A DNA stretch of 64,000 nucleotides from an uncultured delta proteobacterium (GTDB lineage: Bacteria > Myxococcota_A > Polyangia > Fen-1088): positions 1,408,001 through 1,472,000 of the forward strand of contig CAVYGB010000002.1 in the NCBI GenBank assembly GCA_963767925.1. Direction: 5' to 3'. The position numbers and the translations under genes are program-made. The notes beneath the pieces are model-generated. The model was not told where the DNA came from. It was given only the letters and a program-made list of their open reading frames with translations, and ran no database searches. This document shows, piece after piece, positions 1-10,053 of the stretch. The stretch's first letter is position 1; every line of letters starts with the position of its first letter.

Positions 1-239
1 ACCTCGGCGTGGGCGGTGGGGTCGTTCTTTGTCTCGCGCTCGTTGTGCGCCACCGCGACCACCTCACCGCCTACCACCACCACCGCACCCACCGGGACCT
101 CGCCGATGCTGGCGGCCTGCTCGGCGGCGGCGAGCGCCTGGCGCATGAAGGGCTCCTCGGCCAGCGTGGCCAAGGGGGCCAAGCCGTCCGGCTCGAGGTC
201 GAGGGTGCGCAGGGGGGGCAAGTTCGAAGCGGAGGACAT
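1..239 (-). CDS. tadA: tRNA adenosine deaminase TadA, N-terminal part (runs off window)
   Basis: Not in the ORF track. The reverse strand from ATG 239 reads ...FMRQALAAAEQAASIGEVPVGAVVVVGGEVVAVAHNERETKNDPTAHAE, containing the TadA EVPVGAV and DPTAHAE motifs. Confidence 0.9.
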   Translation of the reverse strand, partial: MSSASNLPPLRTLDLEPDGLAPLATLAEEPFMRQALAAAEQAASIGEVPVGAVVVVGGEVVAVAHNERETKNDPTAHAE

Positions 240-291
240 TTGCAGGGGGCGTATCTTAGCGCGGGCTCGGGGACGAGGTATTATCGGGGTC

Positions 292-1197
292 TTGCCCGCG
301 CGGATCGAGTACTCCTTTGCCGACTACGTCGCCTCCCGGAAGGGGGAGGAGGCAGCGCGCCTCCGGGAGGGCGCGGCCTATGCCTATGGCGGCGACCTCA
401 AGGTGCGGTCGGCGCTCGACCGGGTGCGCCCGGTGACCCTGGCCATGGAGGCGGCGACCCGCTTCTGGCACTCGGTGGGCAAGAACCGCCTGCTGGGCAA
501 CGCCGTGCGGGTGGGCGACCGGCAGTTCCCCGAGCTGCAGGCCCTGCTGGACCGCTGCGTCCAGGCGCTGCAGATCGACCGGCCGGCGCTGTACATCTCC
601 CCCTCCCTCGCCCCCCTCGACGCCCACACCCTGGGGACCAGCGACGAGGCGGCCATCGTGCTCGGCAGCGGCTTGCGCGACAACCTCAGCGACGACGAGC
701 TGGTGGCGGTGATCGGGCACGCCTGCGGCCACATCCAGAACAACCACACCCCCTACCTGACGACGCTGTACCTGCTCGACAACTCGGGCAACTTCGTCGT
801 GCGCTGGGCGGCCCGGCCGGCGGTGCTGGGGCTGCGGGGCTGGTCGCGGCGGGCGGAGATCACCTGCGACCGGGCCAGCGTCATCTCGACGCGCAGCCTG
901 GACGCCACCATCTCGGCGATGGTCAAGCGGGCGCTGGGGTCGCGGCGGCTGTTCAGCGAGATCGACCTCGAGGATTACCTGCAGCAGCTCGACGAGAGCC
1001 AGGCCGGGCACGGCCGCTTCCAGGAGCTGCTGGCCGCCAACCCCTACCTGCCCAAGCGGGTCAAGGCGCTGCGCCTGTTCACCCAGACGACCTTTTACCG
1101 GAGCGTGATCGGCCAGCCGGCCAGCGCCGACGAGCCGGGCCTGACCAAGGAGGCCTGCGACGCCCAGGTGGGCGAGCTGCTGCAGGTGATCGGATGA
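292..1197 (+). CDS. M48 (HtpX/Ste24-like) metallopeptidase homolog with degenerate active site
   Basis: LSDDELVAVIGHACGHIQNNH (HExxH position reads HACGH), WSRRAEITCDRA (third Zn ligand), ANPYLPKRV. Start uncertain: TTG 292 chosen because the upstream frame overlaps tadA. Confidence 0.85.
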   Translation: MPARIEYSFADYVASRKGEEAARLREGAAYAYGGDLKVRSALDRVRPVTLAMEAATRFWHSVGKNRLLGNAVRVGDRQFPELQALLDRCVQALQIDRPALYISPSLAPLDAHTLGTSDEAAIVLGSGLRDNLSDDELVAVIGHACGHIQNNHTPYLTTLYLLDNSGNFVVRWAARPAVLGLRGWSRRAEITCDRASVISTRSLDATISAMVKRALGSRRLFSEIDLEDYLQQLDESQAGHGRFQELLAANPYLPKRVKALRLFTQTTFYRSVIGQPASADEPGLTKEACDAQVGELLQVIG

Positions 1198-3113
1198 CGG
1201 CGGGAGGCGGGGCGGGAGCGGGAGTCAGCGCCGGCGCCGGGCAGCGGTCCGGCGGCGCGCAAGGCGGCCATCCGGGCGACGCTGCTGCGGCTGGCGGAGG
1301 TGGCCGAGGCCTCGGGGCTGATCTCCACCGCGCGGGACATCCGCGACGAGCGGTTGCCGAAGCTGGAGGACGAGCGCTTCACCCTGGTGGTGCTGGGCGA
1401 GTTCAACCACGGCAAGTCGACCTTCATCAATGCGCTTCTATCCTGGGAACCCTCGGAGGGTTCCCAGACCCTCCCGCGCCTGGACCCGGCAAGCGGAGCT
1501 CGCCAGGTCCTTCCGCGAACGGGCAAGGCCATCTTGCCGGTCGGGATCACGCCCACCACCGCGGTGCTGGCCCACCTGCGCCACGGCGAGCCGGCCCGGG
1601 CCGAGGTGGTGCGCGAGAGCGGGGTGCGCACGCCCCTGGCCATCGACGCCCTCGCCGACTGGCTGACGGTGGACGGCGTGGCCCACCGCCGGGAGAACGA
1701 CAAGCCGGCGGCGCCGGCCGACCCGCTGGCCTACATCGACATCCGGGTGCCGGCCCCCTTCCTGGAGGGGGGCGTGACGGTCGTCGACACGCCCGGGGTC
1801 AACGACATCAACGAGCAGCGGGCCGACATCACCTACGGCTACATCCCGCGGGCCGACGCGGTGCTGTTCCTGCTGGACGCCACCCAGGTGCTGACCGCCT
1901 CGGAGCGGCAGGTTTCTCGAGGAGCGGATCCTGCGGTCCAGCCGCGACCGGCTGGTGTTCGTCGTGACCAAGGCCGACCTGCTCGACGCGGGCGAGCTGG
2001 CCGAGGCGCATGTGCATTCGCCCGGCGGCACCTGGAGGCCATCGTGCCCGAGGCGCCGCTCTTCGCGGTGTCGGCCAAGCGCGCGCTGGCCGGCGACCTG
2101 GCCGGGTCGGCGATGAAGCCGCTGCTCGAGCACCTGCAGCTCACCCTGGGGGCCGAGCGCCGGCAGCTCGTGTACGACCACGCCCTGGCCGACGCCGGCC
2201 GGGTGGCGGGGTTCCTGCGGCAGAGCCTGGCCATGCGCCGGCGCTCGCTCGAGCTGTCGGTGCACGACCTCGAGCAGCGGGTGAACAAGGCGCAGGAGCG
2301 GCTGCGGGTCGGGCGGCGGGCGCTCGATCAGGCGGCCGAGACAATCCGGGCCGAGACGGCGGCGCTGAAGGCGCGCGTGCGCCAGGACCTGGCCGCCTTC
2401 ACCGAGGAGCTCGCCAGCGCGCTGCCCGGTCAGATCGACAAGGTGTCGGCCGGCGACGTGCAGCGGCACCTGGGGTCGTTCCTCGAGGACACCTGGAAGC
2501 GCTGGGTGGAGGCGGAGGCGGAGATGCTGGCCCGCGAGCTGGAGACGCTGGCCGAGCGGGTCATCCAGGTGGCCAACGAGAACGCCGCCGACGTCACCCA
2601 GCAGGTGGCCGACGATCTGGCGGGGGACGGGGGAGCCCGCGCCTGGAGATCGCGGTCGACACCTTCCGCTACGACGCCTCGGTGTTCGCGCTCGGCGCGC
2701 TGGGGACGACGGTCTTCCTGTTCGTGAACACCCTGGCGGGCGGGCTGCTGGCGCTGGCCGCGCCGATCGCGGCCATGTTGCTCAAGGGGCGGGTGGCCCA
2801 GGAGATCAAGCAGGAGGCGCGGCAGCGGGCGCCCGAGGCGGTGCGGAGCATCGCCGCCGCCCTGGCCCCCAAGCTGGACGAGATCGTCGAGGGCTTCTCG
2901 GCGCGCCTGTCGGAGTTCGTGGCCGAGGCGGGCGCGGCGCTGGCCCGCGGGATCGCCGAGGTGCTGGGCGCCTCGCTGGCCGAGCGGCGGCGGCGGGCCG
3001 ATCAGACCGAGGGATCGACCGAGGGGCAGGCGGTCGAGGATCTGCTGGGGCGGCTCAAGGGGGTGGAGGAGGAGATCGTCGACGTCCGGCAGAAGGTCTG
3101 GGAGGGGCAGTAG
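1194..3113 (+). CDS. Bacterial dynamin-like GTPase 1 (frameshifted in this sequence)
   Basis: G1 GEFNHGKST, G2 PTT, G3 DTPG. G4 TKAD is recovered in a shifted frame (FLEERILRSSRDRLVFVVTKADLL, about 1912-2010). Helical stalk and hydrophobic paddle SVFALGALGTTVFLFVNTLAGGLLALAAP lie in the frame ending at 3113. ATG 1194 overlaps the upstream TGA. Indels near 1250, 1911, 2011 and 2630. Confidence 0.85.
1441..1521. repeat. 81-bp in-frame double-hairpin insertion within dynamin 1
   Basis: CTGGGAACCCTC-G-GAGGGTTCCCAG (1443-1467, perfect 12-bp arms) and an imperfect hairpin at 1482-1510. Adds 27 aa between NALL and GKAILP. Confidence 0.8.
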
Positions 3114-3353
3114 CGCCGTGGCTGCGCGGTCCGGACCGGGCGCGCGCGCGCGTTCGTGCCGGAGCCTCCGGCGCGGTCCGGGGGCGCGCGGGCTGGCAAG
3201 GCTGCGGCGGGCGGAGTCGCGGCGGTGCAGGCCGGCGGAGGACCGGCGCCCGGTGGAGTCCCGGTGGCCGGTGGCGTTCCGGCGGCGTTGGAGGCCGGCG
3301 GAGGACCGGCGGTGGCCTGGGGGGATCCGGTGAGAGCGGGCGGGCCGAAAATC

Positions 3354-5278
3354 GTGGGTGAGCCGGCCTGGCGGCGGCACCTGGCCTGGGCGGCGGTGCT
3401 GGGGGCCTACCTTGTCGTCTTCCCCTATTTCCGCGCGGTCAACAACCCCAACGAGAACGTGCGGGTGTGGGCCACGCGCGCGCTGGCCCACCAGGGCACC
3501 TTCGCCATCGACGACGTGATCCGGGCCTGGGGCGACGTGGGTGACCGGGCCATCGCCGGCGGCCGCCGCTACTCCAGCAAGGCGCCCGGGACCACCTTGC
3601 TGGGGGTGCCCGTCCACTTCGTGCACGACCGCCTGGCGCTGGCGCTGACCGGGGCCTCCCCCTCGCCCCGGGCGAGCACCTGGGCCCTGCGGGTCTTCAC
3701 CGTGATCCTGCCGCTGGGCCTGTTCCTGCTGTACTTCGCCCGCCGGGTCGAGGCGGAGACGGGGTCGCGCTGGGCCCGCGACCTGCTGGTGGTCGGGCTC
3801 GGCCTGGGCACGATGTTTTACCCGTACGGCATCGCCTTCGTCGGGCACACCCAGAGCGCGGCCCTGCTGTTCCTCGGTTTCGCCCTGCTGCACCGGGGGC
3901 GGGCCGGGGAGGAGGGTGGCGGCGGGGGCGGTGCGGGGGGCGCCGGTGTGAAGGCGGCGTCGGCGTCGGCAGCGTCGGCAGCGTCGGCAGCGTCGGCAGC
4001 GTCGGCAGCGTCGGCAGCGTCGGCAGCGTCGGCAGCGTCGGCAGCGTCGGCAGCGTCGGCAGCGTCGGCAGCGTCGGCAGCGTCGGCGGCAGCGGCGTCG
4101 TCGTCGTCGTCGTGCGGTCGGCGTCGGATAGCAGGCGCGGCATGTGGGCGGAGGTGGCGCGGGGCAAGCGGCTGGCGCTGGCGGGGGCGCTCACCGGGCT
4201 GTCGGTCGTGTTCGAGTACCAGACGCTGTTCGCGGCGGCGCTGGTGGCGGGGTACGCGCTGCTCGTCGAGCGGCGGCGGGCGGTCGGGTTTTTCCTTGGG
4301 GCGCTCGGGCCGGCGATCCTGCTCGGCGTTTACCACACGGCCCTGTTCGGGCGGCCCTGGGAGCTGCCCTACGCCCACCTCGACGACCCGGGTTTCACGA
4401 TGTACCACCACGCCCAGGGGTTCCTCGGGCTCGGGCGGCCGCGGGCGCGGGTGCTGGTGGCGGCCTTCGGCCACGTCGACTATGGCCTGTTCGTGTTCTC
4501 CCCGTTCCTCGCGGTCGGGCTGGGGATCGCGATATGGGCGGCAATCCGGCGGGGCAGCCGGCCGCATGGGCTGATCGTGCTGGTCACGGTGGCGATGGCG
4601 CTGTTCCTGGCCGGCATGGCCAACTGGCGCGGCGGCTGGTGCGCGGGTGGGCCGCGCTACATCGCGGCGGTGGTCCCCCTGCTGGTCTTCGGCATCGCCC
4701 TGTCCTGGCGCGACCTGCTGGGAGGCAGCGGAGCGTCCGGCGCGGCCGGCAGATGGACGCGCGCCGCCCGGGAGGGGGCTTCGGGCGCCGGAGCGACCGG
4801 AGTTGCCGCGGCCAGCGGTGCCGGGACGGGGCGGAGGTGGGTGCCGGCGGCGCTGGCCGGGCTGGTGCTCTATTCGGTCGTGATCTGCGGGCTGGCGGGG
4901 GCGATCTTTCCGCACTTTCCGTTGCAGTTCGACAATCCCATCTTCGACCTCGTGGTGCCGCTGCTGCGAGACGGGTACGTGCCGCACAGCCTGGGGACGG
5001 CGCTGGGGGTGGGCGGGCTGGCCTCGTTGCTTCCGCTCGCCCTGCTATTCGGGGTGGCGCTGGGCGCGGCGGCGGCGCCCGGCGGGGTCCCCCGGCGCGA
5101 CCGGCTGCTGGGCGCGGCCGTCGCGATCGGCCTGGCGGCGGCGCTGCTGGTGACGCTCGCCTCGGTGGGGCGGCGGCCGAGCCGGCAGGAAGACCGCGCG
5201 CGCGCGGTGGTGACGGGCATGTGGGAGCCGGCGCCCGCAGCCACATCCGGAAAGGGAGACCGCGATGGGAATCCTTGA
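3354..5278 (+). CDS. Polytopic membrane protein, GT-C glycosyltransferase-like (one frameshift near 3900-4140)
   Basis: First TM followed by loop NNPNENVR...YSSKAPGTTLLGVP, many TM helices, late GGPRY motif. The N half is in the frame of ORF 3156 and the C half in the frame of ORF 4112. Start approximate. Confidence 0.6.
3969..4085 (+). repeat. 9-bp tandem repeat (GCAGCGTCG) x13
   Basis: 13 perfect copies read directly from the sequence, inside a loop of the membrane protein gene. Confidence 0.95.
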
Positions 5279-8150
5279 GAGACTGGCCAGCACCCTGGCC
5301 GGCGGCCCCGACATGGCCGACGACGTGCGCGCCGAGATCGAGGCGGCGCTGGCCCGGGCCAGCGACGGCAACTGGGTCGCCGCCGAGGTGGGGCTCGTCG
5401 AGCTGTCCGAGCGCCACCGCGATTCGGCGTCGGTGTTCGTGGCCCTCGGCGAGGTGCGGGCCCGGCGGGGCAAGGAAGAGCCGGCGGTGGCCGCCTTCGG
5501 CCGCGCCGTCGACCTGCAACCGCAGGCCGTCGATGGCTGGCTCGGCCTGGGCGAGTGCCTGGTCCGCCTGGGCCGCCACGAGCCCGCCCGCGAGGCCCTG
5601 CGCAAGGTCCTCAGCCGCACCAACGATCCGGCCCGCCGCGCCCGGGCCCACGCCGGGCGGGGACGCGTCGCCCTCGCCCTCGACGAGCCGCCCCGGGCCG
5701 TGCGCGAGCTGCGCCAGGCGGCCGAGCTGGCGCCCGGCGACTACCAGATCGCCCACGACCTGGGCCGGGCCCTGCTCGCCGCCCGCGACGCCGAGGCCTG
5801 GACCTGGCTGGTCCGTGCCGCCCATGCCCCCGGCGCCGACCCCGGCTGGGTCCTCGCCGCCGCAGGCGCCGCGCCCACCCCCGGCGGCGCCGAAGGCCTG
5901 CTGCGCGAAGCCCTGGAAGTGGAAGGCCCCCGCCCCCTGGCCCCCGAGGCCCGCGCCGCCCTGGAGGCCGCCCTCGCCGAGAAGCTCTGCCAGGCCGGCC
6001 GCTGGGAGGCCGCCCTCCCCCTGGCCGAGTCCGCCACCACCTCCGCCCCCCACAGCCCCGTCGGCCCGCAAGCCCTGGCCCTCTGCCACGAGCGCGCCGG
6101 CCACTACCAGCTCGCCCTCGAGGCAGCCCTGCGCGCCGTCACCCTCGGCGGCCCGCGCGACCCCGCCCACCTGGTCCGCCTCGCCCTCGGCGCCCGCCGC
6201 CGCGAAGCCCTCGCCGCTCTCGCCGCCGACCTGGAAGACGCCGCCAGCCCGGATGCGCCCTCACCCTCGCCGCCGGGCGCTGTCTCCGTCGGGTCGAAGT
6301 CCGGGGTGACCACGGGCGGGTCTGCGGGCATCGCCTCGGCGTCTCCGCCGGCGGTTGCCGGGGAAGGGTGGGGGGGTGCGGACGCGCCGGCGGGCGTTCC
6401 TTCGTCGCTGCTGGGCACCGCCGGCGGAACCACCGCGGGCGGGGCCGGGAGCGCGGGGCTGGGGGCGGCGTTGCGTGCGTTCGCCGAGGGGCGGGCGCGC
6501 GAGGAGGACCTGGTCACGCTGGGCGCGCTGGCCCCCGACGAGGCGAGCCGCCAGTTCGTGGCCGCCGCCGCCTCGCCCGGGGCGGTGCCCGCCGGCAACC
6601 TGTTCGCGCTGCTGAGCTACGCCCGCGAGCTGGCCGGCCGCACGCCCGAGCTGGCCCCCTTGCTCCCGCTGGCCGCGCGCGCCGTCGAGGCGCTCGACCG
6701 GCCCCTGCTCGTCGCGGTCATGGGCGAGTTCAACACCGGCAAGTCGTCCTTCGTGAACGCCCTGTGCGGCGAGAAGGTGGCCCGGGTGGGCGTCACCCCC
6801 ACCACCGCCACCATCAACGTGCTCCGCTACGGCCCCCGCGGCGCGCGCGTCCTGTACCACGACGGCCGGGCGCGCGAGCTGTCGGCCGACGAGGCCACCG
6901 CGTTCCTGGCCCGCCTCGACGACGCCCAGGCGGCCGCCATCCGGGTGGTCGAGGTCTTCCTGCCGGTCGAGTTCCTCCGCCAGGTCGAGGTCGTCGACAC
7001 CCCCGGCCTCAACTCCCTGCGCCCCGAGCACGAGGCCGTCGCCCGCGGCTTCCTCACCGAGGCCGACGCCATCGTCTGGCTGTTCGCCGTCGGCCAGGCC
7101 GCCAAGGCCACCGAGCGCGACGCCCTGGCCCTGGCCCAGGCGGCCGGCAAGCGCGTCCTCGGCGTCCTCAACAAGGCCGACCAGACAACCCCCGAGGAGC
7201 TCGACCGCATCCGCGCGCACGTCCAGTCCGCCCTCGGCGATCGCGTCGAGGTCCTCCTCCCCTTCTCCGCCCGCCAGGCCCAGGGCAGCCCCAACGAGCC
7301 CCCGCCCGCCGGCCACGACGGCGGCCTCCCCCAGCTCCGCGCCGCCCTGGAAGACCGCTTCTTCTCCCGCTCCCGCGCCCTCAAGCGCACCACCGCCCTC
7401 GGCGCCCTTGGCCGCTTCATGAACGAAGCCCGCGCCCTGGTCCCCCTGCCGGAAGCGCCCCTCGATTCGATCTCCACCGCCGCCGAAGCGGGCGACCCTG
7501 TGCGCCCCGCGGCCGGCGCGGGGGACGAGGAGCGGCGGCTGGACCAGCAGGAGGTGGCCGTCGCCGGCGCCCTCGCCGCCGAGCGCCTGCGGCTGCGCGC
7601 CCAGCTCGACGCCGGCTTCCGGCAAGCGGCCGCCGAGGTGGCCGAGCTGTCCGAGCCGCGCTTCTGGCCCTTCGGCGACCGCCGCACCGGCGCCGCCGAC
7701 CGGGAGTTCCTGTTCGACCTGCTCGAGGACGCCATCTTCGAGGCCACCGTGGTCACCGCCCGCGAGCTGGAAGCCATCGCCGCCGGCGGCCCCGCCTTGC
7801 CCATCCGCGAGATGGTCGAACGCTTCCGGGCCTACGCCCGCGGCACCCTGCAAGGTGGCACCGTCGACGCCTTCCTCCGCGAGCACCTGGCCGCCTCCGG
7901 CCCCCGCTCCGAGCTCCCCCAGCTCCAGCGCGCCCTCACGGCGGCCCTCCCCGACCTCGAACGCGAGCTCCTCGACCCCCTCGGCGCCGCCGCCACCGCC
8001 ACCTACGCCGAAACCCGCGCCACCCTCTCTTCCACCCGCGCCCGCGCCGACATGCGCCACCTCGTCCTGGAAGAACGCCTCCTCCTCCCCCTCACCGCCC
8101 TGGAAACCGCGCTGAAAACCCTCCAGACCTCCCCGACCCAGCCCAGCTAG
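5265..8150 (+). CDS. TPR-repeat plus dynamin-like GTPase 2
   Basis: N-terminal TPR-like helices (GWLGLGECLVRLGRHEPAREAL), Gly/Ala/Ser-rich linker, then GEFNTGKSSFVNAL, PTT, DTPG, NKAD. Overlaps the upstream gene by 14 nt. Confidence 0.9.
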   Translation: MGILERLASTLAGGPDMADDVRAEIEAALARASDGNWVAAEVGLVELSERHRDSASVFVALGEVRARRGKEEPAVAAFGRAVDLQPQAVDGWLGLGECLVRLGRHEPAREALRKVLSRTNDPARRARAHAGRGRVALALDEPPRAVRELRQAAELAPGDYQIAHDLGRALLAARDAEAWTWLVRAAHAPGADPGWVLAAAGAAPTPGGAEGLLREALEVEGPRPLAPEARAALEAALAEKLCQAGRWEAALPLAESATTSAPHSPVGPQALALCHERAGHYQLALEAALRAVTLGGPRDPAHLVRLALGARRREALAALAADLEDAASPDAPSPSPPGAVSVGSKSGVTTGGSAGIASASPPAVAGEGWGGADAPAGVPSSLLGTAGGTTAGGAGSAGLGAALRAFAEGRAREEDLVTLGALAPDEASRQFVAAAASPGAVPAGNLFALLSYARELAGRTPELAPLLPLAARAVEALDRPLLVAVMGEFNTGKSSFVNALCGEKVARVGVTPTTATINVLRYGPRGARVLYHDGRARELSADEATAFLARLDDAQAAAIRVVEVFLPVEFLRQVEVVDTPGLNSLRPEHEAVARGFLTEADAIVWLFAVGQAAKATERDALALAQAAGKRVLGVLNKADQTTPEELDRIRAHVQSALGDRVEVLLPFSARQAQGSPNEPPPAGHDGGLPQLRAALEDRFFSRSRALKRTTALGALGRFMNEARALVPLPEAPLDSISTAAEAGDPVRPAAGAGDEERRLDQQEVAVAGALAAERLRLRAQLDAGFRQAAAEVAELSEPRFWPFGDRRTGAADREFLFDLLEDAIFEATVVTARELEAIAAGGPALPIREMVERFRAYARGTLQGGTVDAFLREHLAASGPRSELPQLQRALTAALPDLERELLDPLGAAATATYAETRATLSSTRARADMRHLVLEERLLLPLTALETALKTLQTSPTQPS

Positions 8151-8288
8151 CGGGCACCAGCGCCGGGCGCCGACGGCGGCCTCGACACCGCTGCGCGCGA
8201 CTGCCGCGGGGGGCCTGGCCTCGCAGGAGCGGGGCGCGCACATAGCAGAGGGCTCGCAGAGTCGAGAAAGAAAAGGTAAGGCGTTCGG

Positions 8289-9023
8289 ATGTCCAGACGT
8301 GGCTATCTCGCAGTTGGCGTTGCTGCTGGAGTCGCAGCCCTGGTGTACGGCCTTGGCCGGCGCGGGGCCGAGGCGCCCGGGCCAGTCTCGGACCGTGCCG
8401 GGCCGCCCTCCCCATCGGCGACGACGTCCAGCGCTTCCGGTCCCAAGGGACCGCCCGCGTCGAGGAGTGTGCCTCGCCTGGTAAACCGGGCAGGTTCTCA
8501 TGGGGAGGAGCCCGAGATTGGCAATGGGCCACGAGAACGCCCCCAGCGGGACCTGACTCATGCCCTCCGTCCAGGGCCGGTTTGGCCCGGACCCTGGCCT
8601 ACTTCGATGGCAGAGGTTCCGGCGACGCCCGCCGTTTTGGCGCGGGTCGAGGAGTACGGTGGACCGTCGTCTGTGGATCAGATGTTGCGGTTTCTCGAGG
8701 GAATGAAAAAGTGCATGGCCCGGCACACCCTCGAGAAATCAGGCGGAGTGGCCGTGGAGCTCAGCTACGTGATCGATCGAGAGCAGGGGACCAGCAAAGG
8801 AGTCGACGTGGTCATCGATCAGTCAACGATAAGCGAGGGCGATGATCTCCATCTGCTCGAGTGTGCCCGTGGTCTCCACGTCGGAAAGGTGCGCAAGTTG
8901 AGCCCTGAATCGCTGGCGGCTGACGACTCCAAGGAGTTCGTCTGGAGGGTGACTCTGGGCCTTCCCATCGAGAACGACAGGTTCTACCAGTGGCTCCTTT
9001 CGGGTCCGACCCCCTCCATGTGA
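8289..9023 (+). CDS. Hypothetical membrane-anchored protein
   Basis: N-terminal hydrophobic helix, Pro-rich linker and a globular C-terminal domain with two Cys. Lower GC than the flanks. Confidence 0.6.
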   Translation: MSRRGYLAVGVAAGVAALVYGLGRRGAEAPGPVSDRAGPPSPSATTSSASGPKGPPASRSVPRLVNRAGSHGEEPEIGNGPRERPQRDLTHALRPGPVWPGPWPTSMAEVPATPAVLARVEEYGGPSSVDQMLRFLEGMKKCMARHTLEKSGGVAVELSYVIDREQGTSKGVDVVIDQSTISEGDDLHLLECARGLHVGKVRKLSPESLAADDSKEFVWRVTLGLPIENDRFYQWLLSGPTPSM

Positions 9024-9299
9024 TTCGAGCCCCCGAGCGTCGACGTCATGGATCCATCACGGTACGAATAGGCCCGGCGTATCCGGGCGCGGGATCTCCC
9101 CGTCGCCCGGGAGGACTCTGGCAAGTGACTCGACCGCTCCGGTTCGGGAAGGCCGGCCGCGGCAAAGAAGAGGTTGGGGTCGGTCAGGACCGTTCGGCGG
9201 TTCTCCGCCGAGGCAGACAGGGCACGACTGGCCTCCGAAAGAACCTGGCGATCGATTCCCAGCGTCGCCCTTCGACTGAGGCCGAGGTTGGGATTTGGC

Positions 9300-9725
9300 T
9301 CGAAGCTCCGAGGAACCATGTAGTCGGGCAACCGGGCGTTGGCAAGCTCTCGAAGCTCGGCAACAGGGACCGCACGGTTGGGGACGGGCACAACGTAGCC
9401 GACCAACCGCTGGACGCCGGCACGTCCTCGCGCACGATGGCCAGCACTTCCGCCACGTCCGGGTGTTCCCGCATCACGCTTTCGATCTCTCGAGTTCGAT
9501 CCGGAAGCCTCTCAACTTGACCTGGTCATCCATTCGGCCCGCGTAGCGCAGTGCCCCGTCCCGGGTGTACCGCGCGATATCACCGGTGCGATCCGCGCGC
9601 CCGGCTTCCCACCGAATGGGTCTGGCACAAAACGTTCGGCGGTACGCGCCGGTTCAGCCAGGTAGCCGCGTGCCACCGCCGAGCCCGCTATACACAGCTC
9701 TCCGCCAACCCCCCAGGACCCTGTC
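9300..9725 (-). pseudogene. NRPS adenylation-domain C-terminal remnant
   Basis: Across shifting frames: [54 protein letters not shown] (A6, A8 and A9 motifs). Confidence 0.85.
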
Positions 9726-9778
9726 GCCACGAACGCAGTAGGATGACCGGCGGTGTAGGCGACGAACCGAGGCCTATT

Positions 9779-9991
9779 TCACGCCGACGTCGAGGGGCGC
9801 TTGGTCAAGCCCCACCCTTTCACAAGTACCCAGGCGATCGCGCCGGCGACCGCCGATCGGAAGACGAGCCAGCCGTTACCTTGCGTGCCGAACCACCCCA
9901 AAAATCCGCGGTTTGCCAGTACGGTGAACGACACCGCCAGCACCAAGCCGATCACGAGAATGGCCAAAAAGTCCTGTTTGTTCCGCTTCAT
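9779..9991 (-). CDS. Small membrane protein, 70 aa (paralog of 14095-14436)
   Basis: Two hydrophobic segments; shares LAVS..LAN.G..G.FG..GNGWL.FRSAVA...AW.LV..W with the second copy. Confidence 0.75.
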   Translation of the reverse strand: MKRNKQDFLAILVIGLVLAVSFTVLANRGFLGWFGTQGNGWLVFRSAVAGAIAWVLVKGWGLTKRPSTSA

Positions 9992-10053
9992 GGTTGATAG
10001 CCCTGGCGCAGGTAGCAGTTTGCCGAATTTTCACGAGCGAGGCTTGCTGGATC

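Noticed and set aside
1441..1521. Intein or self-splicing intron in the dynamin P-loop region
   Set aside because: Only 27 aa, with no C-terminal His-Asn and no intron core; far too short.
1194..3113. Programmed frameshifting or true pseudogenisation of dynamin 1
   Set aside because: Several scattered indels, two of them compensating, with all motifs intact and no slippery-site pattern. Similar indels hit pfk, so consensus error is more likely. Raw reads are needed to decide.
3225..3315. 20-bp direct repeat AGGCCGGCGGAGGACCGGCG twice, as a mini-CRISPR
   Set aside because: Only two copies in low-complexity GC-rich sequence, with no cas genes or leader.
6255..6470. Linker of dynamin 2 as a degenerate REP insertion (CCCTCACCC...GGGGAAGGGTGGGGGG)
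   Set aside because: Only short partial matches to the repeat consensus; compatible with an ordinary low-complexity linker.
8984..9300. NRRTVLTDPNLFFAAAGLP as a RiPP leader-like fragment
   Set aside because: Weak resemblance only, with no start codon of its own and no modifying enzymes nearby.
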